A program made the position numbers and the translations under genes. Positions 9,418 to 18,904 of a DNA stretch of 64,000 nucleotides are shown piece by piece. The stretch's first letter is position 1. Every line of letters starts with the position of its first letter. This DNA comes from Candidatus Omnitrophota bacterium (GTDB lineage: Bacteria; Omnitrophota; Gorgyraeia; Zapsychrales; Zapsychraceae): NCBI GenBank assembly GCA_035292445.1, contig DATDQB010000023.1, positions 153,533-217,532 of the forward strand. Direction: 5' to 3'. The notes under the pieces were generated by a model. It did not search any database and had not been told where the DNA came from. It was given only the letters and a program-made list of their open reading frames with translations.

Positions 9418-9452
9418 GGCAAGCATAATTAAAACGTATGCTTGCCTTTTTT
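9418..9452 (+). terminator. Rho-independent terminator after rpsU
   Basis: Stem GGCAAGCAT / ATGCTTGCC with an 11-nt loop, followed by TTTTTT. Confidence 0.7.
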
Positions 9453-9480
9453 ATCTTTTTCAGAAGAGCTGGAGGAAGGA

Positions 9481-10002
9481 ATGGCTGGGCAGAAACGTAT
9501 TGCTATTTTAGTGGAAGACCAATATCAGGTGCTGGAGGTATGGTATCCTTGGCTAAGGCTTAGAGAAGAAGGGATGGCTGTACATTTTGTTGGTAGCGGA
9601 ACAAAAGAGACCTACGCTAGTAAAGAAGGTTACCCCGCCAAGGCCGATAAGGCCATTAATGATGTCAAAACAAAAGATTACGACGGTGTTGTTATTCCCG
9701 GTGGGTTCGCTCCGGATTTTATGCGCCGCAACCCTAAGATGGCTGAATTTGTCCGAGAAATTCACGATGAAGGAAAAGTCGTTGCCGCGATCTGCCACGG
9801 CGGCTGGATGCTTGTCTCCGCGGGTATTCTCAAGAACCGAACCGCAACCTGTTTTTTCGCCATTAAAGACGATTTGATCGCCGCCGGCGCCAAATACGTG
9901 GATCAGGAAGTGGTGGTCGATAAAAATTTGATTACCTCCCGCAAGCCGGAGGATTTAACGACGTTTGTGGTGGAGATCATCAAGCAATTAAAGAAATCCT
10001 AG
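9481..10002 (+). CDS. DJ-1/PfpI family protein (intracellular protease/glyoxalase-like)
   Basis: Nucleophile elbow AICHGGWML. RBS GGAGGAAGG. The ORF-track TTG start at 9442 lies inside the rpsU terminator hairpin, so the ATG at 9481 is preferred. Confidence 0.75.
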   Translation: MAGQKRIAILVEDQYQVLEVWYPWLRLREEGMAVHFVGSGTKETYASKEGYPAKADKAINDVKTKDYDGVVIPGGFAPDFMRRNPKMAEFVREIHDEGKVVAAICHGGWMLVSAGILKNRTATCFFAIKDDLIAAGAKYVDQEVVVDKNLITSRKPEDLTTFVVEIIKQLKKS

Positions 10003-10003
10003 C

Positions 10004-11560
10004 ATGCTCAAAGTCAAACGCGTTCTAATCAGTGTTTCTGACAAAAAAGGGATTGTCCCGTTTGCCAAAGGGTTGCAGGCATTAGGCGTTGATGTCCTAT
10101 CGACCGGCGGCACCGCCAAACAGCTCAAAGAATCAGGCCTTTCCGTGACGGAAGTCTCCGATTACACTGGTTTTCCCGAAATGCTGGATGGGCGGGTCAA
10201 GACACTTCATCCTAAGATCCACGGCGGTATTTTGGCGCTACGGCAAAACCCTTCTCATATGGAACAAGTGAAGAAATTCAACATCGGCCTCATTGACATG
10301 GTCGTTGTTAACCTTTATCCTTTCGAAGCCGTCACTAAAAGAAAAAATGTCAGTTTAGAAGAAGCCATTGAGAACATTGATATCGGCGGGCCGTCGATGC
10401 TTCGCTCCGCGGCCAAGAATTTTAAAAATGTTGCCGTTATTTGTAACCCCAAACGCTATGGCGACATTTTAAAAGAATTGGAAAATAATAATGGGCTTCT
10501 TTCCGATGCGGTCTTATATAAATTGGCCATTGAGGCCTTTGAGCACACGGCCCATTACGATGAGATCATTTCCGGCTTTTTAAATCAACGGTTGAAAGGC
10601 GACAGCTTCTCTTCTTTGCCCAAAGATTTGTTTTTGCATTTTGTCAAACAACAGGATTTGCGCTATGGCGAGAATCCACATCAAGAGGCCGCCTTTTATA
10701 GAGATGCCAATACGGGGTTTGGTCTGGCGGATCTCAAGCAGCTCCATGGCAAAGAGCTTTCCTTTAATAATATTCTGGATTTAAATGCGGCGGTAAGCTT
10801 TATCAAGGATTTTAAAGACCCGGTGGCGGTCATCGTCAAACACGGGAATCCCACCGGCTTGGCCCTTGAGGCAACGCTGTCCAAAGCGTATAAGGCGGCC
10901 TGGCAATGTGATCCGGTTTCGGCGTACGGCGGAATAATCGGGCTTAACCGCAAAGTTGATAAACAAACGGCAGGCGCTATCCAAAAAAGTGGATTTATGG
11001 AATGCATTATCGCGCCTGGTTTTGATAAAGATGCTTTTACGCTTTTATCCCAAAAGAAAAATGTGCGATTGGTTGAAATTAATCTGGGTCAACTAAAAGA
11101 AGACGCCTATGATTTTAAAAAAGTGTATGGCGGCGTTTTGTTGCAGGGCGTTGATGCGAAAACCGTCCAGTCGAAAGATCTAAAGGTCGTGACCAAGAAA
11201 AAACCGGCCAAAGAAGAGCTGCAAGCGATGTTGTTCGGCTGGCAAGCGATCAAGAATGTCCGCTCGAATGCGATCATTCTTGTTAAGCAAAGAAAAGTGG
11301 TTGGTATCGGCTGCGGCCAGACCTCTCGTGTTGAAAGCGTCAACATTGCCATTCAAAAGGCCGGCCGAGAAGCCAAAGGTTCAGTTCTTGTCTCCGATGC
11401 TTTTCTTCCCCATATCGATAACGTGCAACTAGCTGCCAAGGCCGGGATCAAGGCGATCATTCAACCCGGCGGCTCGGTCGTTGATAACGACGTCATTAAA
11501 GAAGCCGACAAGGCCAAAATGACAATGGTCTTTACCGGTATCCGTCATTTCAAACATTAA
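10004..11560 (+). CDS. purH: Bifunctional AICAR transformylase / IMP cyclohydrolase
   Basis: MGS-like N-terminal domain (VLISVSDKKG...LSTGGTAK). AICARFT domain. Size is 518 aa. Confidence 0.9.
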   Translation: MLKVKRVLISVSDKKGIVPFAKGLQALGVDVLSTGGTAKQLKESGLSVTEVSDYTGFPEMLDGRVKTLHPKIHGGILALRQNPSHMEQVKKFNIGLIDMVVVNLYPFEAVTKRKNVSLEEAIENIDIGGPSMLRSAAKNFKNVAVICNPKRYGDILKELENNNGLLSDAVLYKLAIEAFEHTAHYDEIISGFLNQRLKGDSFSSLPKDLFLHFVKQQDLRYGENPHQEAAFYRDANTGFGLADLKQLHGKELSFNNILDLNAAVSFIKDFKDPVAVIVKHGNPTGLALEATLSKAYKAAWQCDPVSAYGGIIGLNRKVDKQTAGAIQKSGFMECIIAPGFDKDAFTLLSQKKNVRLVEINLGQLKEDAYDFKKVYGGVLLQGVDAKTVQSKDLKVVTKKKPAKEELQAMLFGWQAIKNVRSNAIILVKQRKVVGIGCGQTSRVESVNIAIQKAGREAKGSVLVSDAFLPHIDNVQLAAKAGIKAIIQPGGSVVDNDVIKEADKAKMTMVFTGIRHFKH

Positions 11561-11576
11561 TCAAAAACCTCCTCCC

Positions 11577-12935
11577 ATGTCCTATCAAGAAGCCCTAAGC
11601 TATATCAATTCATTTATCAATTATGAAAAAAATTTACATGAAGTATCTCCGTTTGAGTTCCGGTTGGAGCGCGTACAAACACTTTTGGAAAAATTAGGTA
11701 ATCCGCAGAAAGACCTAAAGATCATCCACGTCGCCGGCTCTAAAGGAAAGGGCTCCACGTGCGCGATCACTGCCCAGATCCTTAAATGCGCCGGGTATAA
11801 AGTCGGGCTGTATACATCCCCTCATATCTCTGATATCCGCGAACGTATCCGGGTTCTGGGCGCTCAACACTCGCAGAACGGCTCCAAAGACATTTTTTGC
11901 GACATGATCAAGAAAGATGAGTTTGCCCAAACGGTTACGGAAACCAAAGATGCGCTGGAGGCCTCACGGCACGGTCAGGATCAGGGCGCATTAACGTTTT
12001 TTGAGGCCTTGACCGCGATGGCGCTTTATTATTTTCGGAAAAGACAAGTGGATTTTGTCGTCTTGGAAACGGGGTTGGGAGGAAGGCTTGATGCGACCAA
12101 CGCCGTTCACACGCATGTTTGCGCGATCACTCCGATCAGTTTGGAGCACACGCATATTTTGGGGGATACACTGGAGAAAATCGCCCATGAAAAAGCGGCC
12201 ATCATTAAAGATAACCGTCAGCGCGTTGTCTTGGCGCCTCAAGAGGAAGAAGTGATGGATGTGTTAATGAAGCGTTGCCATCAATTTCAAATCAGCCCGA
12301 CCGTTATCGGTCAGGATGTTATTTATGATCTGATCAAACAAAATGATAAGGGCATGGTTTTTGATCTTAAGACGCTTAAAGCGCGTTATGAAGGATTGGA
12401 GTTGAATTTATTGGGGCGGCACCAGCTGGTCAACGCCGCCGTTTCCATCGGCATCATCGAATATTTACAGGATTTAGGCCACAGGATCTCTTCTGAAGCG
12501 ATCCGTCAGGGCTTGGAAGAAGCGCGCTGGCCGGGGCGTTTTGAGATCATTCGGACCGATCCCATGATCATTTTGGATGGGGCGCATAATCTCGCCTCTT
12601 CCAAAGCTTTGATCGACACTTTAAAGGAGCTTTTTCCCAAAAAAACGGTGACGGTGATTGTCGGGTTTTCCCAGGAAAAAGATATCCGCGGCATATGCGA
12701 AGAGTTTAACCGCATTGCGCGCAACATCATTACGACCAAATCTCATCATCCGCGGGCGTTGGATATTCGGGAAGATAAGATCAAACAATTTTTTCCCGGA
12801 AAAAGATGTTCCAGCGCCAAGGACATTAATGAGGCGATGCGGTTGGCCAAGAATAACCTGACTAAAGACGATATTCTTCTTGTTTCCGGTTCGCTTTATC
12901 TGATCAGCGAGGCAAGGGCATTATGTACCAATTAA
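11577..12935 (+). CDS. folC: Folylpolyglutamate synthase / dihydrofolate synthase
   Basis: Mur-ligase P-loop (HVAGSKGKGST). Size is 452 aa. Confidence 0.85.
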   Translation: MSYQEALSYINSFINYEKNLHEVSPFEFRLERVQTLLEKLGNPQKDLKIIHVAGSKGKGSTCAITAQILKCAGYKVGLYTSPHISDIRERIRVLGAQHSQNGSKDIFCDMIKKDEFAQTVTETKDALEASRHGQDQGALTFFEALTAMALYYFRKRQVDFVVLETGLGGRLDATNAVHTHVCAITPISLEHTHILGDTLEKIAHEKAAIIKDNRQRVVLAPQEEEVMDVLMKRCHQFQISPTVIGQDVIYDLIKQNDKGMVFDLKTLKARYEGLELNLLGRHQLVNAAVSIGIIEYLQDLGHRISSEAIRQGLEEARWPGRFEIIRTDPMIILDGAHNLASSKALIDTLKELFPKKTVTVIVGFSQEKDIRGICEEFNRIARNIITTKSHHPRALDIREDKIKQFFPGKRCSSAKDINEAMRLAKNNLTKDDILLVSGSLYLISEARALCTN

Positions 12936-14326
12936 AGGGCTTGGACGATACGATCGCCGCCATATCAACGGCCGCTGGAGCGGGCGGGATAGGCATTGTG
13001 CGCCTAAGCGGCAAAAAGGCTGTTGAAACGGCCGATAAAATGTTTCAGAGCCCCGGCGGAAAGAAATTGGCCAAACAAAAGACCTATACCGTTCATTACG
13101 GCTGGATTGTTCGCCGTAAGGGGAAAGAAGAGGAGTTGCTCGATGAAGTTCTTGTTACGCTCATGCGCTCGCCCCATAGCTACACCAAAGAAGATGTGGT
13201 TGAAATCAGCTGCCACGGCGGCGCGGTTTCCCAGCGAAACATTTTAACGCTGGCCACCGAATTGGGGGCCCGCTTGGCGCAGCCGGGGGAGTTTACCAAG
13301 CGCGCCTTTCTTAATGGGCGAATTGATCTGACCCAGGCGGAAGCGGTCTTGGACATCGTTCAATCAAAAACAGACGCATTTTTAAAGGTAAGCACCCATC
13401 AGCTTAAGGGCGAGCTGGCAACGCAGTTGGAGGCGATCCGCGAAGAGCTGATGCAAGCCTATGTTGAGCTGGAGGCGATCGTCAATTTTCCTGAAGATGA
13501 CGTTGATACAAAAAGCAGAAAGCGGATCGATGAAGCGGTCACATCAGCCCAAAGGCGGGTTGAGCAATTGCTGGCCACGAGCGAGCAGGGGCGTGTTTTA
13601 AAAGAAGGCATTAAGATCGTCATCTGCGGCAAGCCCAATGTCGGGAAATCTTCGCTTCTTAATGTGTTATTGAAACAGCCGCGGGCGATTGTTTCCGACA
13701 TCTCCGGCACGACCAGGGACACCATTGAGGAAACCGCCACCATAAAAGGCATCGCGTTTCAACTGATCGACACCGCCGGCATTCTGGAGCCGCGCGATCT
13801 GATCGAAGAAGAGGCGGTCAAGCGCAGCCGTTTGTACATTGAAGGGGCAGACCTGGTCCTTTTGGTATTGGATCACGGCCGCGCGCTGACCAAAGAAGAT
13901 GATGATGTCATGAAGCATATCAATGGGGGGAACGTAGTTTTGATCGTCAACAAATGTGATTTGCCGGGGAAATTTGATGTCAAAACGGTTCAACAAAGAT
14001 TAAATAAACCCAGAACAGTTGAAATATCTGTCTTGAAGAAGCAAGGGATCGAGCGACTGGAGGAGGCGATTGTCGAATCTGTCTGGCAGGCCAAAGCCAT
14101 TGATACGCACGGGCTTTTTATCAGCAATTTGCGCCATATCCACGCTTTGAAAGAGTGTCAATCCAGCCTCAAGGAAGTCTTCGGGCTCATGAAAGGAAAA
14201 GTTTCTTTGGAATTTGTTTCCGAGGAAATCAAGATCGCCGTCAATTATTTGGACGCAATTACCGGCCGTAATATCGATAGCGACCTGTTGGATCAAATCT
14301 TTTCCCGATTCTGCATCGGAAAATAA
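12923..14326 (+). CDS. mnmE: tRNA modification GTPase MnmE
   Basis: G-domain motifs (GKPNVGKSSLLN, DTAG, NKCD). C-terminal CIGK. Size is 467 aa. Confidence 0.9.
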   Translation: MYQLKGLDDTIAAISTAAGAGGIGIVRLSGKKAVETADKMFQSPGGKKLAKQKTYTVHYGWIVRRKGKEEELLDEVLVTLMRSPHSYTKEDVVEISCHGGAVSQRNILTLATELGARLAQPGEFTKRAFLNGRIDLTQAEAVLDIVQSKTDAFLKVSTHQLKGELATQLEAIREELMQAYVELEAIVNFPEDDVDTKSRKRIDEAVTSAQRRVEQLLATSEQGRVLKEGIKIVICGKPNVGKSSLLNVLLKQPRAIVSDISGTTRDTIEETATIKGIAFQLIDTAGILEPRDLIEEEAVKRSRLYIEGADLVLLVLDHGRALTKEDDDVMKHINGGNVVLIVNKCDLPGKFDVKTVQQRLNKPRTVEISVLKKQGIERLEEAIVESVWQAKAIDTHGLFISNLRHIHALKECQSSLKEVFGLMKGKVSLEFVSEEIKIAVNYLDAITGRNIDSDLLDQIFSRFCIGK

Positions 14327-15064
14327 TCAATCCGTTTCTTTCATTTCCGTGTCAGCGATTTTTTCATTAAGGGCGAGGATCTTTTTAATGAGATCCTTGT
14401 TCTGAAGGAGGGCCTGGAATTTTGGGTTGGATAATAGGCCGGGAAAATCCCGGTTTTTCATTTGTTCTGTGGATGTCGTATCGGATAAAAGCTCGTTAAG
14501 TGCCGGGTCGTTGATCAAGTCCTGATATTCTTTCAGGTCTTTGAGGGCGGCGTATTTGTCGGGGTTTTCAAGGATTTCGGTCAGCTTTGTAATGTTCGTC
14601 GATGACTCCGGGATCTTATGGCCGATCAATCGACGGGCAACCCCGCATGCTTTTGATGCTGAAATTTGTTCCTGCAGGCTGTTGAACCAAGGCGTCTGGG
14701 CAGGGATGAGCGCCAGAAAGATCAGAAGGCAAAGCACCCAAGCTCCTGACCAAAGGATCGCCATCAAACCGCCCAGCAGGCGGCTTAGGGGGCTGATCGT
14801 CTCGCCTTTTTGAATTGTTTTATTCCAGAATTTCAGGATAAGAAAAAAAAGAATGTTTAAGGCAAAGGGCGACAGGATACTAATGAGCAGAGTATTAATT
14901 AGAAGGTGGGTGTTAAGATAGTAGACAACCGCAATTAATGTGCCGATGATAAATGCGATCGGACCCAGCAGCGTCTTAAGCAGGCCCTTTCTGGCCCCGT
15001 TAATAAAATAAAGGCCCAGAATCAGGCACACGCCAAGATCAATGGGGTTGATGAGTTTTTCCAT
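14327..15064 (-). CDS. CvpA-family membrane protein with C-terminal soluble extension
   Basis: N-terminal helices align to CvpA (IDLGVCLILGLYFINGARKGLLKTLLGPIAFIIGTLIA). The start is set at the Met of MEKLINPIDLG. Confidence 0.55.
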   Translation of the reverse strand: MEKLINPIDLGVCLILGLYFINGARKGLLKTLLGPIAFIIGTLIAVVYYLNTHLLINTLLISILSPFALNILFFLILKFWNKTIQKGETISPLSRLLGGLMAILWSGAWVLCLLIFLALIPAQTPWFNSLQEQISASKACGVARRLIGHKIPESSTNITKLTEILENPDKYAALKDLKEYQDLINDPALNELLSDTTSTEQMKNRDFPGLLSNPKFQALLQNKDLIKKILALNEKIADTEMKETD

Positions 15065-15315
15065 AGGGAGGATGTAGTATAACATTCCAGGGTTTGTTCT
15101 TCAACATAACGGAGATTTGTTTAACAAACTATTTTTATTTTATATATTGCTTTTTTCTGAAGTTTGTATTATATTTTAGTCAAAGTTCCCACAGCATCTT
15201 TTTTGCCCCACACAAGTTTTCTTTAATTTTTTTGTTGAACAATCATGCCCAGGTATTAGAATAATATCTGGACACGGCAACAGCGTAAGCTGTTGCACAG
15301 AAAAGAGTTCTAGCA

Positions 15316-15633
15316 ATGAAGGACAAAAGAAAAGCACAACGTGTGGCCTGCCTCGTTCCTGTTGAGGGCAAAGAAGGTGGTCCCTTCGATCTGACCAAAA
15401 CGACCGACATCAGCAAAAGCGGCATCGGTTTTGTTTCAGATAAGAAGATTCCTCTCAATAAAGAGATCACCATTGAGCTCGACCTGGACCAGAAACAAGA
15501 GCCTGTTTTTGTGGTCGGCAAAGTTCAATGGGTCCATCCTATTGCCCAATCCCAGCGTTATAGAATCGGCTTGTCTTTTTTTGATATCCTTCATGGGGCC
15601 AAGTCCCGGCTAGAGAAATATTTTAATAAATAA
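15316..15633 (+). CDS. PilZ-domain protein (c-di-GMP receptor-like)
   Basis: RxxxR (RKAQRVA) and DxSxxG (DISKSGIGF) motifs. Size is 105 aa. Confidence 0.55.
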   Translation: MKDKRKAQRVACLVPVEGKEGGPFDLTKTTDISKSGIGFVSDKKIPLNKEITIELDLDQKQEPVFVVGKVQWVHPIAQSQRYRIGLSFFDILHGAKSRLEKYFNK

Positions 15634-15651
15634 CGAATTAGGTATCTACAT

Positions 15652-15981
15652 ATGGAGCAGTTAACCGATAACAGGTTATTTGAGCGGTTTCAGGCCCGTT
15701 TTCCTGCCAAATTCAAGGATGCCCGCGATAACTTTGGCAGCGTCCTTCAGCTGCGCGATGCTTGTGCCTTCGGCACCCGGCTGACATCCAAGGAGCGGTT
15801 GTTCACCAATGATAAAATCACCATTGAAGTGGACTTACCTGATGGCCTTGCCCCCATGGTTCTTAAGGGGGAGGTTGTTTGGTCCAAGCCTACCGGGTCC
15901 GGCAACTGGGAAGTTGGGATGAAGCTGCACAGAGTCGATTTATTGCGCATGTCCCGCCTTTATAAATTTGCGGCTTCTTAA
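15652..15981 (+). CDS. PilZ-like single-domain protein
   Basis: RLFER motif plus a DACAFG block. Size is 109 aa and the gene sits in tandem with the upstream PilZ gene. Confidence 0.45.
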   Translation: MEQLTDNRLFERFQARFPAKFKDARDNFGSVLQLRDACAFGTRLTSKERLFTNDKITIEVDLPDGLAPMVLKGEVVWSKPTGSGNWEVGMKLHRVDLLRMSRLYKFAAS

Positions 15982-16113
15982 GGGCCCTTCCGCGCAATCC
16001 TACGCTCATCAAGTCTCTCAAACATCTTGACCAACGAAATGCGCTGTGTTAAACTCCGAAATAATTTAGGCTGTCATAACATCAAATCTTTGAACCATTT
16101 TTAGCCCGTTCTC

Positions 16114-18810
16114 ATGTCATCCAGAAGCCAGTTTTATCAATTTCAAAAAGACGGCGTAACATTCATTTCCCGCCAGGCGCTCGATATCCGCATGGTTTAC
16201 GCGCCGTTATGCGGCCCGACGGCCGCAAGCCTCAAATCTTCTATCACGCCTTTCTTAAGCGGCGATATCAAATTAGACAAAGACCATTATCTGACCAAAC
16301 CGGCCTCCCGTGAGGATCTGCGCCAGGATGTCCGCAATTTTTTTGTTCAAATCAACGGTAGAATTTCTTCTTTAGTCCAGCCGATGAAGCCTTCGAGCGG
16401 CTGCGTGGAAATCGGTATGCTTTGGCATAAGCTGATAAAAAAAATGGACGGTCTTGAGGTGGAGGCGCTTAATTTTATTCCCTCCAGCGGCGAGAACGTG
16501 GAGTTGATGCGAGTGCGTATTAAAAATACGACCGGCAAGGCCATGACGATAAAACCAACGGCCGTAGTTCCCATTTTTGGCCGGAGCCTCGCCAATAAAC
16601 ACGACCATGAGCACGTGACATCATTATTGCATCGCATTCAGCAAACGAAGGAAGGGGTATTGGTTGAGCATGTAATGAGTTTTAATGAAGAAGGGCATAG
16701 GGAAAATGATGCGGTTTATTTTGTGTTCGCTTCAACCTCTGACGGCAAACTTCCCGCGGGTTCGTTTCCCACCGCTGAGAATTTCTACGGGGACGGCGGA
16801 ACGGCCCAATGGCCGCAGGCTTTAATGAAAGATGAAGCGCCTCAGCAACTGAGTGAAGTTGATTTAAACGGTAAAGAAGCAGTGGGGGCGATACAATTTT
16901 TGCCTGTTTCCATAGCCTCACAAAAAATAAAAGAATATATTATCGTTATGGGGGTGGCCAGCAACGTTAAGACGCCGGCGCAATGGTTCAAGAGGTTTAA
17001 TTCCAATGCCAAATTCGAAAAAGCCTTTAAAGACACAAAGGCATTTTGGGAGAACAAATGCCGTACAATCGAATTCTCTACCGGCGATGCGGTTTATAAT
17101 TCTTGGCTTAAGTGGGTCGTGCTTCAGCCGGTATTGCGCCGGATTTTCGGTTGTTCATTCTTGCCGGATCATGATTACGGCAAAGGCGGCAAAGGCTGGC
17201 GTGATATCTGGCAGGATCTGTTGTCGCTGATCCTGATCGAACCGCAGCTCATCCGGAAGGATTTGATTAATAATTTCGCCGGGGTGCGCATCGACGGCTC
17301 CAACGCCACCATTATCGGGACCAAGCCGGGCGAGTTTGTCGCTGACCGCAACAAGATCACGCGCGTGTGGATGGACCATGGGGCGTGGCCGCTTTTGACG
17401 CTCGCTTTTTATATCGATCAGACAGGTGATTTCGATATTCTTTTAGAGGGACAAGCCTATTTTCGCGACGTTCAGCTGTCGCGCACTTCCCAAAAAGACA
17501 CCCATTGGCATTCCAGTTACGGGCAGGAACTCAAGGATAAAAGCGGTTGTGTTTATAAAGGGAGTATCCTGGAGCATGTCCTCATTCAGCAGCTCATACA
17601 GTTTTTTAACGTTGGCGAACACAATCATACGCGGTTAGAAAGCGCCGATTGGAATGACGGGTTGGATATGGCCTTCGAGCGCGGGGAAAGTGTAGCGTTT
17701 ACAGCCCTTTATGCGGGCAACATGTTCTTGCTGGCCGGACTTCTGGAAAATTTAAAAATGAAAAAAGGCCTTAAGGAAGTATCGTTCGCAAAAGAAGTAT
17801 CATTTTTGCTGGACAGTCTATCCAAGGAAAAAGTCAACTACCAGAGTCCGGTTGAGAAGAGGGGCCGCTTGTACAAGAAATATTTCCCGTCCGTTCAGCC
17901 GGAAATCAGCGGCAAGCAGATTACATTATCCATCGATAATATCATCGCCGATCTGAGACTCAAAGGCCAATGGATGTTTGATCATATAAGGCGCACGGAA
18001 AAAGTTACTGTCAATGGCCATCACTGGTTTAACGGTTACTACGATAACAAATCCGGCTGCGTTGAAGGCAAGCAAAACGTTCATGTGCGCATGACGTTAA
18101 CGGGGCAGGTGTTCGCTCTCATGAGCGGGCTGGCCGGCGTAGATGAGATCAAAGATGTCATCAAAGCGGTTAACGCGCACCTTAAAGATAAAACGCTCGG
18201 TGGCATCCGCCTTAACACGGATTTCGGCATGCGCCATTATCTGGATTTGGGCCGCGCCTTCGGGTTTGCCTACGGGACAAAAGAAAACGGTGCTTTTTTC
18301 AGCCATATGACGGTCATGTACGCGTATGCTTTGTACAAACGCGGTTTTGCTAAAGAAGGATACGAGGCCTTACGTTCTATTTATCGTATGTGCCAGCATA
18401 CGGATAAAAGCAAGATTTATCCGGGCATTCCCGAATATTTCGATTCATCGGGCAAAGGGATGTATCATTATCTGACCGGTTCAGCCAGCTGGCTTGTTTT
18501 GACGCAGTTGACCCAGGTGTTCGGCGTTCGCGGTGTTTGCGGAGATCTTTTGCTCGCCCCGAAGCTCATGAAAGAGGAATTCGGCACGGATAAAAAGGCC
18601 AGTGTCCATTGTATTTTTGCCGGTAAGCGCCTAATTGTGACCTACCTCAACCCCCAACAATTGGATTATGGTCAATACCAAATTAAAGAAGTCAAAATAA
18701 ACGGTAAGGGCATCTCATTTAAGAAAGAAGAAGGCGGCGTGCGCCTCGAGAGGCCGATTTTCCAAAAAATCTCCCCACCCTGTAAACTTTCGGTTTTATT
18801 AGCCCGTTAA
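16114..18810 (+). CDS. GH94-like glycoside phosphorylase/hydrolase with (alpha/alpha)6-barrel (cellobiose/cellodextrin/beta-1,2-glucan phosphorylase-like)
   Basis: Size is 898 aa. Contains the DWNDG block (ESADWNDGLDMAF) characteristic of GH94 catalytic Asp regions. It lies next to an ABC sugar importer. Confidence 0.45.
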   Translation: MSSRSQFYQFQKDGVTFISRQALDIRMVYAPLCGPTAASLKSSITPFLSGDIKLDKDHYLTKPASREDLRQDVRNFFVQINGRISSLVQPMKPSSGCVEIGMLWHKLIKKMDGLEVEALNFIPSSGENVELMRVRIKNTTGKAMTIKPTAVVPIFGRSLANKHDHEHVTSLLHRIQQTKEGVLVEHVMSFNEEGHRENDAVYFVFASTSDGKLPAGSFPTAENFYGDGGTAQWPQALMKDEAPQQLSEVDLNGKEAVGAIQFLPVSIASQKIKEYIIVMGVASNVKTPAQWFKRFNSNAKFEKAFKDTKAFWENKCRTIEFSTGDAVYNSWLKWVVLQPVLRRIFGCSFLPDHDYGKGGKGWRDIWQDLLSLILIEPQLIRKDLINNFAGVRIDGSNATIIGTKPGEFVADRNKITRVWMDHGAWPLLTLAFYIDQTGDFDILLEGQAYFRDVQLSRTSQKDTHWHSSYGQELKDKSGCVYKGSILEHVLIQQLIQFFNVGEHNHTRLESADWNDGLDMAFERGESVAFTALYAGNMFLLAGLLENLKMKKGLKEVSFAKEVSFLLDSLSKEKVNYQSPVEKRGRLYKKYFPSVQPEISGKQITLSIDNIIADLRLKGQWMFDHIRRTEKVTVNGHHWFNGYYDNKSGCVEGKQNVHVRMTLTGQVFALMSGLAGVDEIKDVIKAVNAHLKDKTLGGIRLNTDFGMRHYLDLGRAFGFAYGTKENGAFFSHMTVMYAYALYKRGFAKEGYEALRSIYRMCQHTDKSKIYPGIPEYFDSSGKGMYHYLTGSASWLVLTQLTQVFGVRGVCGDLLLAPKLMKEEFGTDKKASVHCIFAGKRLIVTYLNPQQLDYGQYQIKEVKINGKGISFKKEEGGVRLERPIFQKISPPCKLSVLLAR

Positions 18811-18824
18811 ACACAACACAAGCT

Positions 18825-18853
18825 TTGACAAACATTTTGAGCCGTGATATACT
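18825..18853 (+). promoter_or_regulatory. Strong sigma70-like promoter TTGACA-17-TATACT upstream of the ABC substrate-binding protein gene
   Basis: Consensus -35 element and near-consensus -10 element with a 17-nt spacer. Confidence 0.5.
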
Positions 18854-18904
18854 TTTTGCTCAAATATATATAACCTTAATAATATCAATAATATTGGAGC
18901 CTGT

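Noticed and set aside
9442-9480. ORF-track TTG start for the DJ-1/PfpI gene
   Set aside because: The TTG lies inside the rpsU terminator stem. The downstream ATG at 9481 has a GGAGG RBS and begins the conserved N-terminus.
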